Source of the DNA: Alphaproteobacteria bacterium
Lineage (GTDB): Bacteria; Pseudomonadota; Alphaproteobacteria; CAAHEQ01; UBA3637
Length of the DNA: 64,000 bases
Direction of reading: 5' to 3'
NCBI GenBank assembly: GCA_017412085.1
Contig: JAFPYS010000019.1
Coordinates: forward strand, 17,869 to 81,868
Each line of letters begins with the position of its first letter. Positions within the stretch are counted from its first letter, which is position 1. A program made the position numbers and the translations under genes. Of the stretch, positions 40,489 through 50,530 are shown piece after piece. The notes beneath the pieces were generated by a model that saw only the letters and a program-made list of their open reading frames with translations, had not been told where the DNA came from and ran no database searches.

Positions 40489-43400
40489 TCTATCTCCTTT
40501 ATGTACAATGTTTGTGTCCACAAAATGTATGCTTTCACTATCCTATCAGGAAAAATTGTTTTTAGCAAGTCCTTATATGCGTTCAATTGCTTTTTATAGA
40601 TAAGGGGCACCTCATTAGGGACAAAACGATTGGTTTTGAAATCGACGATTTTTACTTCTGTTGGAGATATAATCAAGCGGTCAATTTGTCCAGAAATGGG
40701 TTGATTGTTTAAAACACCGATGATTGGCACCTCGGCCAACGAATTTATCCCAAACAAATCTTTAAAGGCGGGATTATCAAAAATATTAATCAAATTATCT
40801 GGCAAATCAATGTCCGGTGGACACATTTTTTTCGCATATTCTAATCGTTTGTCGGCGGGTATTGAAGGGAGGAATTGCAATAATTGGTGCAAAAATGTAC
40901 CGCGCCGCAGGGCTAAAGCCTGATTTGTTTGTGTGATTGAACCATCAAAATCCAATTCAATATCATCATCTGCACCCAACTTACTCGGTGATAGGGGCGA
41001 AACATTGGGTTGCTCTTGCGGGCAGTTTTGGGTTGCCCAAGAGGGTATTGAGTCAAAATCGTTTAAAATAGAACATTTGGTCTCTACATTAACTTTACGT
41101 TTTTGCTTTGATTCCCACGAGATAATACCACTTTTATTAGGTCCTATTTGTGGGGGTAAAGAGTTAATAATTAGGTCATACCAATTGTTCGTGCTTTTCT
41201 TTCCATAGCCTGTAATATATAAACGATCACGCGCGCGGGTTAAGGCAACGTAAAGCAAACGTCTTTTTTCTTGCTGATTTAAATGGTCTCGATTGGCAAA
41301 ATAACTGTCCAGGCAAGAGGGACGAAGGGCTGCATTCGGAATCCATAAAGGAAAATTGTCATCTATCCAAATAAATTCTCCACCTGTTGGAGTTTTTGTT
41401 CTGGAACTGCAAGTATCTGGCAAGAACACAATATTTCCTTGCAATCCTTTTGATCCATGAACAGTCATGACGCGAACTGCATTGCTGTTTGAATTATCAA
41501 GATCCCGTTTAATTTCAATTTCGTTTTGTGAAAACCATGTTAAGAAATTTTGTAAAGAGGGGGTATTCGTTTTTTCAAAATTAAGAGTTAATGATAGAAA
41601 TTCGTCCAGTGTTTCGTTTACCTCTTGCCCAAAACGAGCGACAAATTTCTTACGCAACCCAAACGCACCTAAAATGGTATCGTAAAACTCAAATGGAGGA
41701 GTTGTGTCCGCAAGGTTCATTATTTCCTTTAATTGAGATGCTGAGGAAGGATAAGCTTTTTGTAATTGGTGCCACAGGCTGGATTTGTTTCGGGTAAAAC
41801 ATATGTTAAATAAGTCATCTTCTTTTAAACCAAGAATAGGGCTTTTGATGATGTTTGCCAAATTAAGATCGTTTTGAGGTTGTAAAACGAATTCTGTTAA
41901 GGCAATTAAATCTTGAATGGCAAGGTGTTCGCTCAAAATCAATCGATCAACGCCAGCAATGGGAATTTGTCGTTCGCGCAAAGATCGGACAATTTCTGCC
42001 ATCATGGTGCCGCGTTTTTGAAGCAAAATCAGAATGTCTCCTGGTTCTATGAAACGATTTTTAGAAGGCAAAATTTCCTTGCCAATCATGGATTGAATTT
42101 TATCGGCGATTTTTCCGATTAGACGTTTCATGGCGGAATCATTTTCTTGACGTTCAATGGGTGGCTTCCATGGGGCAGGTGTATCCAATTTTTGGGGCTC
42201 TTCAACGGGCCATATTTCAACCAACCCAGCGTCATCGGAACGGTTCGCCAGGTGATATGCTTGTTCATCTTGAGTTAAAAGCCCATTTTTTGCTTCTTCA
42301 TTTTGAAGTAAATAATTCACCAGACGCAAGATGGGTTCGGTGGATCGGAAAGAATAATTAAGCGGAATATTGTTAAAGTTGTTATGAGAATCAGTAATGC
42401 GTTTTTCAAAAAAATCGTGCATTTTTCCAAAAGCAATGGGATCTGCACCTTGGAAGCTGAAAATGGATTGTTTTTTGTCTCCTACAACAAAAAGTGTCCT
42501 TAAGTTTTCTGAGGCATCTTCGCCAGAGAAAAACTCCTCTGTTAAGGCTTTAATTATATTCCATTGTTCTTGGTTCGTGTCTTGGGCTTCGTCAACCAAA
42601 ATATGGTCAATGCCACCATCTAATTTATATAAGACCCATGCTGACATAGTAGATTTGCACAGCAATTGATTTGTTTTGTCAATCAAATCATTATAATCTA
42701 AAAAGGCATTAAATTGTTTGAGCATTTGATATTTTTCAACAACCTTGAATGCAATGTCTAACAAGGTTTTAGTTGCTTTGGTTATCTTAAAAGCTTTTAA
42801 ACGCTCATTTGTCTCCCATGCTTTTTGTGCTTTGGGATCGTCTTTAAGTGCCTTTCTTATATGTTCGTCTTTGGTTAGGTATTTATCCTTTTGGAGTGGC
42901 CAGTCTTCTTCATTAAAAAATTCATTTATTATTTGTTTTTCATTAAGATATTTATCTATATTAAAGTATTTCTTTATATTATTTGTGACGGAATCTATGT
43001 GCCCAGGATAGCGATCCATAAGGCTTAAAAGTCGAGATGTTTCGTTTACAATCCTGCCCAGTAAATCCATCAAGGCATCAGATGAAATAAGATATGTCAA
43101 ATTTTGAAGTGAGGTGCGGATATTTTTGTCTGTGAGAACTTCCTTCAGGATTTGCTCTTTCATCGTGTAGGCCGCAAGATCATCAATAACTTCAAAATGG
43201 GGCGGAACATCGGCTTCCAAAGGAAATTGTTTTAATAAAGATTGGCAAAAACTATGAATGGTCATAATTTTCATTCCGCCCGGAGTTTCCAAGACGTTAG
43301 CAAATAAAGAACGGGCTTTCTGTATTATGTTATCTTGGGGTACTTCTTGGATTAAATCTTGGACTGCGTGAAATAACTCTTGGTCAGGACATGTAGCCCA

Positions 43401-43616
43401 TTCTTTTAAAATATTATTGATACGGTTTTCCATTTCCGCAGCAGCGGCTTTTGTGAAGGTTAAACAGAGCAATCTTTTGGGTTCTGTTACTTGTAATAAA
43501 AGCCTTAAAACACGATCGGTTAAAACCTTTGTTTTCCCTGTGCCAGCGGAGGCTGCGACCCATACGGAATCAAAGGGATTGCTTGCACTTATTTGTTCTT
43601 GATTGATAAGGCTCAT
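40485..43616 (-). CDS. addA: Double-strand break repair helicase-nuclease AddA
   Basis: VAASAGTGKTKVLTDRVLRLLL, MTIHSFCQSLLKQFPLEA, DEAQDTNQEQW, MTVHGSKGLQGNIVFLPD, C-terminal nuclease GQIDRLI...VKIVDFKTNR. Confidence 0.95.
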   Translation of the reverse strand: MSLINQEQISASNPFDSVWVAASAGTGKTKVLTDRVLRLLLQVTEPKRLLCLTFTKAAAAEMENRINNILKEWATCPDQELFHAVQDLIQEVPQDNIIQKARSLFANVLETPGGMKIMTIHSFCQSLLKQFPLEADVPPHFEVIDDLAAYTMKEQILKEVLTDKNIRTSLQNLTYLISSDALMDLLGRIVNETSRLLSLMDRYPGHIDSVTNNIKKYFNIDKYLNEKQIINEFFNEEDWPLQKDKYLTKDEHIRKALKDDPKAQKAWETNERLKAFKITKATKTLLDIAFKVVEKYQMLKQFNAFLDYNDLIDKTNQLLCKSTMSAWVLYKLDGGIDHILVDEAQDTNQEQWNIIKALTEEFFSGEDASENLRTLFVVGDKKQSIFSFQGADPIAFGKMHDFFEKRITDSHNNFNNIPLNYSFRSTEPILRLVNYLLQNEEAKNGLLTQDEQAYHLANRSDDAGLVEIWPVEEPQKLDTPAPWKPPIERQENDSAMKRLIGKIADKIQSMIGKEILPSKNRFIEPGDILILLQKRGTMMAEIVRSLRERQIPIAGVDRLILSEHLAIQDLIALTEFVLQPQNDLNLANIIKSPILGLKEDDLFNICFTRNKSSLWHQLQKAYPSSASQLKEIMNLADTTPPFEFYDTILGAFGLRKKFVARFGQEVNETLDEFLSLTLNFEKTNTPSLQNFLTWFSQNEIEIKRDLDNSNSNAVRVMTVHGSKGLQGNIVFLPDTCSSRTKTPTGGEFIWIDDNFPLWIPNAALRPSCLDSYFANRDHLNQQEKRRLLYVALTRARDRLYITGYGKKSTNNWYDLIINSLPPQIGPNKSGIISWESKQKRKVNVETKCSILNDFDSIPSWATQNCPQEQPNVSPLSPSKLGADDDIELDFDGSITQTNQALALRRGTFLHQLLQFLPSIPADKRLEYAKKMCPPDIDLPDNLINIFDNPAFKDLFGINSLAEVPIIGVLNNQPISGQIDRLIISPTEVKIVDFKTNRFVPNEVPLIYKKQLNAYKDLLKTIFPDRIVKAYILWTQTLYIKEIE

Positions 43617-46297
43617 TCTTCCTCCTCGTTCGTTGTGGCCCATTCTTGTCGGCGGGCGAGATGAGCATAATCATCATAGGTTGGCGCTTGTGAGGGAATA
43701 GGGCACACTTCATACGGTGTCTTTTCGGATCTGAAAGCGCGTACCATATCAAATAAACCATTTTTGGATTTTTGAATTAAATCCTCAAGTTCGGAAGCAT
43801 TGTCCACAATTGTCTGTACTTCTGAGGCATCTTTTTTATTACTTAAATACCAATACGAAAGATTGCTGATAGGTTGTTGTTGTGTTTCACTCAACAAAAG
43901 AGCTTCCAATGAAAGTTGCGGTGAAAAACCAGCCATTACTTCTTTCTTTTTAGGTGGATGATAGGTTTTATAATCAATAATGCGCAATGTATTGTCTTTA
44001 AGGGTATCAATTCGATCTGCGGTTCCATAAAGCGTAAAGGAGATATCATCAATGTTAAATGTATGTGTGATTTTTTGTTCACAGGCACTTTCTTTGACAA
44101 GAGATAAATCAAAGTTTTGTTGTTGAATGATAAACTCGGCAATCGCTGTAAATTTCATATTTAATAATGTCTTATCAATCTCGGAAAGCTGGCTTTCGTT
44201 AATGATTTTTTGGGCTGTTCGAATTAATAAACCGCGGTCGGTTGATTTGGGATATTGAGTTATAAATGTTTGAATTATTTTGTGTACCAGTTCACCAAAT
44301 TCGGCGTTATTTGATTTATCTTCAAGCGGTCTCAAAGGATACAATTTTAACACGTAACGCGCATAAATTGCATACGGATTTCTGCGCCACATTTCAATTT
44401 GTGTCACGGGCAGAGAGTTGGGGCGTGCATCAACCGATGGACGGGGGGCAGGGCGGACAATTTTATCATAAACAAATGGGGTGTCCAAGAGCTCAGATAA
44501 ATGAGCTTTGTATTCTGGCAACTGTAGATGATTGATTTGAGCCACGGCTTTTAATCGTTCTATAAAACGAGAGGGGATTGTTTGTGTGCCATCAGTTTTA
44601 ATGGATCGTGTTAAGTAAACTTCTTTGCTGCAAAAATTATGCGCAAAATCCATGGATAATTCCGTTGTTTTTTCTTCTGGTGCAGGAATGCCAAGCTTCT
44701 TTCTCATAGGACGATTCAACCAGGGGCCTGTTTCGGGAATCGGCGGGAATATGCCTTCATTTAAGCCGGCAATAATACACATATCTGCATGATGAAAACG
44801 AGATTCAATTGGACCCAGGATATCCAACCTGGGATGCATCCCATAGCGAGGGCGAACTGATTGTTGCTGCATAAGTAATTTTAAGATTTCGGGGTAACTT
44901 TGTGACTCTATGGTACCTATCAAATTCGCCTGTTCTAAAAGATCAGAAAGGAATGTAAACATTTGTTTGCCGGCGTCATTTTGCCAAAGCCGTTCTGCGG
45001 CAGTTTTGTCGGCGCTTGTCGCTAATTTTTCAGCTAAATCAATATGTTGACGTAAAATATCTTGAAAAGAAATAAGCGTATTATTTTGAAATAATTTTAC
45101 CCAGGGTGTAAAATCTGTATTTAAATCAATTTGCCAAGATTTTCTTTGTTCTCGTAGCAATTTTTCTTGATTTTGAACTTTTTTGCGAAAATCTCCTGGA
45201 ATTTCTTTATCTGCAGACAAAGGATGCTTAAACAGGGCAAGATAATGTGTCGCATCCGGCATTATACCGACATCAGCAAGCAAACTGAAAAATAATCCGA
45301 TGGACGTGTGATTTAAAGGCGTTCCGGCGGAATCATCCAACAAGATGTTCCATCGTTTCATCTGAGCAATGACTTGTCGGGCTAATGTGCGATCTGTTGT
45401 GACAAGCGTGGCGGTTTTATCAGGTGTTTCCAATGCCTGACGTAACAGCAAGGCAATAGTTAAAGCCTCGTCGCTTGGTGTTGCGGCGTTAATTAAGCGT
45501 ATATTTTCAAATGTGTTTGCGGGAAAATCTTGTGAAACCCAGCTGTCTTTAGTAAGAGCATCAAGCACAGCTTTTTCTTGAGGATAAACAGTTGTTTTAT
45601 AGGCAGCTGTGTTTCTTTTATCATTTGGGAATGTTTCTTCAAAAATAACATTATCTTTATTTTGTGAAACGGTTTCAATCAGTTCGTTAATGGCGGGAAA
45701 GGTCTGTGTAAATCCAGCCATAAAGATAGGTTGTTTTATGGTTGATATTTTTTGTGTAAAGGATCGGATTAAGCGGATAGATCTGTCCATAGGATCAATT
45801 TGTTTCCGTTCCCTTAATATTTTGGGCCATTGTGAGTGTAATATGTCTAAAAATTGGACTGTTTCTTGCCAATGAGAGGCATATTTTTCCATTTGCACTA
45901 GATCGGCCAAATGGGTTAAATCCAAATCAAATTGATATGTCGCGTCCAGCAGTTCCTTTAAACTGATGGCCATTTTTAATGCTTGATCATGGGTGTGAAT
46001 ATTGGGCTTTGCTTGACACAGCTTTGCCAATAAAAGCAAACGTTCCGTATCAGATATCGCGGCGGGGATATTTTCATCAATAATGTTAAGCTCGTAAATA
46101 GGGGTCATTTGTGGCAAAAGAATGGCTTCCCCCGTTTTTTTGTTTAAGAAAGCATTTTTAACAGATAAACAAGCTCTTTTAGTTGGCAAAATTAAGTGTA
46201 CTTGTGCAAGCTCAAAAGGATTATTTTGATAACGTCGCAACAACTCATCCGCCACTATATCAGCTAAATCAGCAGAAAATGGAACCTGGTAAATCAT
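43613..46297 (-). CDS. addB: Double-strand break repair protein AddB
   Basis: VHLILPTKRACLSVKNAF; LGPIESRFHHADMCIIAGLNEGIFP; nuclease YGTADRIDTLKDNTLRIIDYKT. Confidence 0.93.
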   Translation of the reverse strand: MIYQVPFSADLADIVADELLRRYQNNPFELAQVHLILPTKRACLSVKNAFLNKKTGEAILLPQMTPIYELNIIDENIPAAISDTERLLLLAKLCQAKPNIHTHDQALKMAISLKELLDATYQFDLDLTHLADLVQMEKYASHWQETVQFLDILHSQWPKILRERKQIDPMDRSIRLIRSFTQKISTIKQPIFMAGFTQTFPAINELIETVSQNKDNVIFEETFPNDKRNTAAYKTTVYPQEKAVLDALTKDSWVSQDFPANTFENIRLINAATPSDEALTIALLLRQALETPDKTATLVTTDRTLARQVIAQMKRWNILLDDSAGTPLNHTSIGLFFSLLADVGIMPDATHYLALFKHPLSADKEIPGDFRKKVQNQEKLLREQRKSWQIDLNTDFTPWVKLFQNNTLISFQDILRQHIDLAEKLATSADKTAAERLWQNDAGKQMFTFLSDLLEQANLIGTIESQSYPEILKLLMQQQSVRPRYGMHPRLDILGPIESRFHHADMCIIAGLNEGIFPPIPETGPWLNRPMRKKLGIPAPEEKTTELSMDFAHNFCSKEVYLTRSIKTDGTQTIPSRFIERLKAVAQINHLQLPEYKAHLSELLDTPFVYDKIVRPAPRPSVDARPNSLPVTQIEMWRRNPYAIYARYVLKLYPLRPLEDKSNNAEFGELVHKIIQTFITQYPKSTDRGLLIRTAQKIINESQLSEIDKTLLNMKFTAIAEFIIQQQNFDLSLVKESACEQKITHTFNIDDISFTLYGTADRIDTLKDNTLRIIDYKTYHPPKKKEVMAGFSPQLSLEALLLSETQQQPISNLSYWYLSNKKDASEVQTIVDNASELEDLIQKSKNGLFDMVRAFRSEKTPYEVCPIPSQAPTYDDYAHLARRQEWATTNEEEE

Positions 46298-46303
46298 GTG
46301 TAG

Positions 46304-47266
46304 TTATCCTTTAAGCTGTTTGGGTAGGTATTTCTTTAACCAGCGTTGATAATCCTTCAAAAGAGGATTTTTAATGTTTTCTTTTATAAATGCCCAATCA
46401 TTTTTGACATATTTTAGATAATCTGGTTTGTTATATTCAACAGCAAGAAGAGCAAAGCGACCAATAACACGTGTATGCCTGTGTGCGGCAACAACGTCAA
46501 TCCAAGAAGCATACTTGTCTGTTGCCAAAACTGGGCGTAAAGTTAAATAATGTTTTAAAAATAATTTTCTTTGACGTAGTGGTAACGGATGACGTTCATC
46601 TTCTATCAGTGAAATTAAATCATAGAAAATGGGCCCACGCATTGCATCTTGGAAATCTAATATTCCCAAGGTGTTATTGGCTTTTAACATAATATTATCT
46701 GAGTGATAATCATACAGCATAAGGGTTTGTGGCAATTTTTGTATGCCTTGAAATAGCTTGTTCCAAATGTCTTTGAATTCCTTTTTGGCTTGTGCTGGTA
46801 ACTTAATTTTAAGGACATGGGAAACATAATAGTCAATAAAAAAGTTGTTCTCGGATATCATGAAATCCGTGGAGGGGGGTAATTTTTTAAGCTCTTGTTT
46901 CGTAATCTCTTTTTGTAGCTTAATTAATGTATCCAATGCAAGTACGTATAGGTCATCAGCCTGTTTTTTGTGCTTAACCGCTTGAGACATTAATGTAGAA
47001 CCAAAGTCTTCCAATAACAAGAAACCATGTCGAAGATCTGTAGCGTATATTTTGGGCGCAGAGAGGGCGTGATGGCGCAACATTTTGTTAATCGCTACAA
47101 ATTCTCGTGGTTTTTCGGACAAGGGAGAATCCATCAAAATGAATGGTTTTCCTTTTTTAAAGACACGAGCGTAACGTCGTGTGGAAGCATCGGAGGATAG
47201 CCAGGTTACATTATCCAGATGGTGTTTTTTTATAAAATGCTTTAAGTAATAATCCCGTGTTTTCAT
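46304..47266 (-). CDS. amgK: Aminoglycoside phosphotransferase-fold sugar kinase (AmgK-like)
   Basis: LLEDFGSTLMSQ, LMLYDYHSDNIMLKANNTLGILDFQDAMRGPIFYDLISLIED; directly downstream of tsaE. Confidence 0.75.
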   Translation of the reverse strand: MKTRDYYLKHFIKKHHLDNVTWLSSDASTRRYARVFKKGKPFILMDSPLSEKPREFVAINKMLRHHALSAPKIYATDLRHGFLLLEDFGSTLMSQAVKHKKQADDLYVLALDTLIKLQKEITKQELKKLPPSTDFMISENNFFIDYYVSHVLKIKLPAQAKKEFKDIWNKLFQGIQKLPQTLMLYDYHSDNIMLKANNTLGILDFQDAMRGPIFYDLISLIEDERHPLPLRQRKLFLKHYLTLRPVLATDKYASWIDVVAAHRHTRVIGRFALLAVEYNKPDYLKYVKNDWAFIKENIKNPLLKDYQRWLKKYLPKQLKG

Positions 47267-47682
47267 TAAAAATTCTCCGTCCAAATATGTCTGGTTCCAT
47301 CTTTTAAAATCTCAAAAGAAATGGCTTTATGTTGTTTGGGTAACAGAGAGCCGATTTTTTCGGGCCATTCAATAACGGATACGCCCTCTGTAAATGCTTC
47401 TTCAATCCCAATCTCATAGGCTTCCTCTGGAGACTTTAGCCGATAGAAATCAAAATGATATAAGGTAAATTTAGGGGTGTCATACGTTTGAAGAATGGTA
47501 AAAGTTGGGCTTGGTACATCCGCTTCAGTATGGGTCAAGTTTCTTACCAGCGCACGAACAAAAGTTGTTTTCCCAACACCTAACGTGCCATTTAAGGCTA
47601 CAACATCCCCAACAGATAAAAGAGGGGCTATCGTATCAGCAATAGCGTCTAAATCACGTTCTGTGGAGACGACCCATTCCAT
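47266..47682 (-). CDS. tsaE: tRNA threonylcarbamoyladenosine biosynthesis ATPase TsaE
   Basis: LNGTLGVGKTTFVRALVR, SPTFTILQTY, LYHFDFYRL, VIEWPEKIGSLLP. Confidence 0.95.
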   Translation of the reverse strand: MEWVVSTERDLDAIADTIAPLLSVGDVVALNGTLGVGKTTFVRALVRNLTHTEADVPSPTFTILQTYDTPKFTLYHFDFYRLKSPEEAYEIGIEEAFTEGVSVIEWPEKIGSLLPKQHKAISFEILKDGTRHIWTENF

Positions 47683-47685
47683 ATG

Positions 47686-48006
47686 CTACCTTATTCTAGA
47701 GGTTAATCCATTTACTTTGTCTGTCACGGCAGAAGGTGGAAAATTGATGGGGTGATCCGGATTATACGTGTTCCATATTTTTGTACCACCAAACAAAATA
47801 AGAACCGTAATAATAACAACAAATAGTATTTTAAGGAAGAATCCCCCAATATTTGCCAAAATTTGAAGCAGAATATAGCAAATGATTGCAGCAGCAAGGC
47901 AGGCCCCAATAGTGTTTAAAGCGGCATTCCATGGACCAAAATAAAGACCACGATAAATAACCATCGCTACGCCAGCGATCAAACCAATGAGTAATGTAAA
48001 AATCAT
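47686..48006 (-). CDS. Hypothetical membrane protein
   Basis: 106 aa with several hydrophobic segments, between tsaE and secB. Confidence 0.55.
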   Translation of the reverse strand: MIFTLLIGLIAGVAMVIYRGLYFGPWNAALNTIGACLAAAIICYILLQILANIGGFFLKILFVVIITVLILFGGTKIWNTYNPDHPINFPPSAVTDKVNGLTSRIR

Positions 48007-48485
48007 TTTTTCTCTCCTTTTTCTTGATGTTTTTGTGCTAATCTTGCACGATATAATGCCGCAAAATCGATGGGGTTAATTTGAAGCGGTGGAAATCCCG
48101 CTTCACGAATTAAGTTACCAATTATTGCACGAGCATATGGGAAAAGTAGGTGTGGAATTTCAATTAACAACAATGGTTCGATATGGGATTCTGGAGCCTG
48201 TAAGGTAGCTAAACCACCATATAAAAGGTCGCATAAAAATAAGGACTTATGATCTTCTTTCTTGTCCGCCTGAACCTTAATGTGTAAATCAACTGTAAAA
48301 TGATCTTTGTCATCCAGCTTGGATGCATTTACATCAACGCTAATTTGAACCTCCGGCGGTTGTGACAAAGATAACATGGAATTTGGCATGCCCGGTGCTT
48401 CAAAAGATAAATCCTTAATATACTGGGTATTTATTTGCAATGTTAATGGTTGTTCTTCTGGTTGTTTTTTTGTGTTTTCTGTCAT
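48003..48485 (-). CDS. secB: Protein-export chaperone SecB
   Basis: LQINTQYIKDLSFEAPGMPN, LLIEIPHLLFPYARAIIGNLIREAGFPPLQINPIDFAALYRAR. Confidence 0.95.
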   Translation of the reverse strand: MTENTKKQPEEQPLTLQINTQYIKDLSFEAPGMPNSMLSLSQPPEVQISVDVNASKLDDKDHFTVDLHIKVQADKKEDHKSLFLCDLLYGGLATLQAPESHIEPLLLIEIPHLLFPYARAIIGNLIREAGFPPLQINPIDFAALYRARLAQKHQEKGEKK

Positions 48486-48574
48486 ATATTAAAATCCTCT
48501 TGCAAAAAGTTTTAAAATTTGTTTAACTATAATTGTTATTTTAAACAAGAAAAAAAGAAATGTAAAGGCAAAAA

Positions 48575-49144
48575 ATGATTTTTAGCAATATTCTTTTAAG
48601 CATTGTTATTGTTTTTTTTCTGCTCCAATTTATTTTTGCTGTTCGCGAGCGGGGGATGAAGCAACACAAGTTGCGTTTAATTTCTAAAAAAACGGGAGAG
48701 GTTATTGAATTAGATGCGGCTTCTTTTTCTGATTTTATTAATAAAGAAATTGAGGCAGATTTTTCAAATACGGCGAAAATTATTTTTGTGCGTGTGTCAG
48801 AAGCTTTTGCTAAGGGGCGGTTGTCGGATATTAAAAATTATTTGAATGAAAAGGTATTGCCTGTTTTTGAAAAGGCTATTCTTAGTCGTGAAAATTTACA
48901 TCAAAAAGCAGAATTTACATTAATTGGTTTTAAGGATGTAAAAGTTTTAGAAGATACGCCAGACAAAAAGATTGTTTCTTTTACAACAGAACAAATTAAC
49001 CTATTAAAGGATGAAAAGGACAATATTATTGAGGGAGATCCTTTGTATGTTGCCACCGTAACCGAAAATTGGACATTTACTCATAAGAAAGAAAACACGT
49101 GGGTCGTGTCCGGTATTGAAAATAAGGAGGCTCATTTTGCGTAG
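48575..49144 (+). CDS. Tim44/TimA family membrane-anchored protein
   Basis: N-terminal TM, Tim44-like domain (EADFSNTAKIIFVRVSEAFAKGRLSDIKNYL...YVATVTENWTFTHKKENTWVVSGIE); divergent from secB. Confidence 0.82.
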   Translation: MIFSNILLSIVIVFFLLQFIFAVRERGMKQHKLRLISKKTGEVIELDAASFSDFINKEIEADFSNTAKIIFVRVSEAFAKGRLSDIKNYLNEKVLPVFEKAILSRENLHQKAEFTLIGFKDVKVLEDTPDKKIVSFTTEQINLLKDEKDNIIEGDPLYVATVTENWTFTHKKENTWVVSGIENKEAHFA

Positions 49145-50150
49145 ACTCCTTGTTATTGGTTTATTGTCGTTTTTAACCGCATGTTCTGGATCGCATTATT
49201 TGTCTAAGGGACGTAGTTTTCAATTGACGCCCACAACTTTTTCCAGTTTAAAGGGATGGAAGCAAGATAATCTGGTGGCGGCATTACCTGCTATTAAAAA
49301 AAGCTGCGCGACGAATCCAAAGGGATATGAAGAGTTTTGTAGAGGAGTAGGATCAGTACATTCTGAATCGGATTTAAGGAGCTTAATTGAGGGAACGTTA
49401 CAACTTTATAAAGTGACAAGTCGTGGCAGTGCAACAGGTAAAATTACAGGGTATTATGAGGCAGAATTAACTGGAACGCGTCACCATGAAAATGGAGCAC
49501 AGATGCCGATTTATGGAGCGCCGTCGGGTTATCAACAAGGTAAGACTTATGCCACGCGAAAGTCCATTGAAGAAAATGGGATCAATGCACCGATTGTGGC
49601 TTGGGCAGACAATCCTGTTGACTTATTTATTATGCACGTCCAGGGCTCTGGTCGCATGGTGACACCGGAAGGAGAGATTATACAGCTTGGTTATGCTGGA
49701 AATAATGGGCGAACATTTAAGGGATTGGGGGCGATTTTAAAAGAAGCCGGAGTTGATCCAAGTATTGCAAATTCAATGCCGCGTATTCGGGAGTGGTGCA
49801 CAGATCACCCCAACGAGGCATTGAAATTAATGCGTAAAAATGATCGTTATATTTTCTTTAAAGAGTTGGCGGGGGAGGGACCAATTGGCTCGGCTGGAGT
49901 TGCTCTAACACCAGCACGTTCGTTGGCGGTGGATACAACATATATTCCAATGCATACGCCAATGTGGCTTGAGACAACAAATCCCAATGGTGGTGCAATT
50001 AATCAGTTAATGATGGCGCAAGATACAGGTGCCGCAATTAAAGGGGGTATTCGTGCCGACTTTTTCTGGGGGTATGGAGCGGCCGCATTTCAAACCGCTG
50101 GGCACATGAATCAACAGGGAAGTTATTATTTGTTATTGCCAAAGAAATGA
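49137..50150 (+). CDS. mltA: Membrane-bound lytic murein transglycosylase A
   Basis: ITGYYEAELTGTR, DLFIMHVQGSGRM, FFWGYGAAAFQTAGHM. GGAGG 7 nt upstream of TTG (49137) gives a lipoprotein leader (F/M)RRLLVIGLLSFLTAC, so TTG is preferred over the upstream ATG at 49116. Confidence 0.9.
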   Translation: MRRLLVIGLLSFLTACSGSHYLSKGRSFQLTPTTFSSLKGWKQDNLVAALPAIKKSCATNPKGYEEFCRGVGSVHSESDLRSLIEGTLQLYKVTSRGSATGKITGYYEAELTGTRHHENGAQMPIYGAPSGYQQGKTYATRKSIEENGINAPIVAWADNPVDLFIMHVQGSGRMVTPEGEIIQLGYAGNNGRTFKGLGAILKEAGVDPSIANSMPRIREWCTDHPNEALKLMRKNDRYIFFKELAGEGPIGSAGVALTPARSLAVDTTYIPMHTPMWLETTNPNGGAINQLMMAQDTGAAIKGGIRADFFWGYGAAAFQTAGHMNQQGSYYLLLPKK

Positions 50151-50530
50151 TAAAAACAGAAGATGCTAATTTATGGGAAGATTTAAAAAAATCTGTTCAG
50201 CCATTTGATTCTGATCGGAAACAGGAAGATTTGCCACCACGTTTACGTGTTCATCGGGCGCCAATCAAACCACTTGCGTATTGTTTGGATTTACATCGGA
50301 TGACAGTAGAAGAAGCATACCAAAAAACGGTGCAATTCATTGAAAAACATTATAAAATTGGCAGTAAGAAAATCCAAATTATTACCGGCAAGGGGCGCGA
50401 AGGTCAGGGGCTAATTCATTTGGAGTTTGCAAATTGGCTTGACACAAATCGTTTGCGGCAGTATATTCGTGAGGCAAAGTGGACGAACGATGAAGGAGCA
50501 ATGAATATATGGCTCAAAAAAAACAAGTAA
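50147..50530 (+). CDS. Smr/MutS2 C-terminal domain protein
   Basis: LDLHRMTVEEAYQKTVQFIEKHYKIGSKKIQIITGKGREGQG. Confidence 0.92.
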   Translation: MIKTEDANLWEDLKKSVQPFDSDRKQEDLPPRLRVHRAPIKPLAYCLDLHRMTVEEAYQKTVQFIEKHYKIGSKKIQIITGKGREGQGLIHLEFANWLDTNRLRQYIREAKWTNDEGAMNIWLKKNK

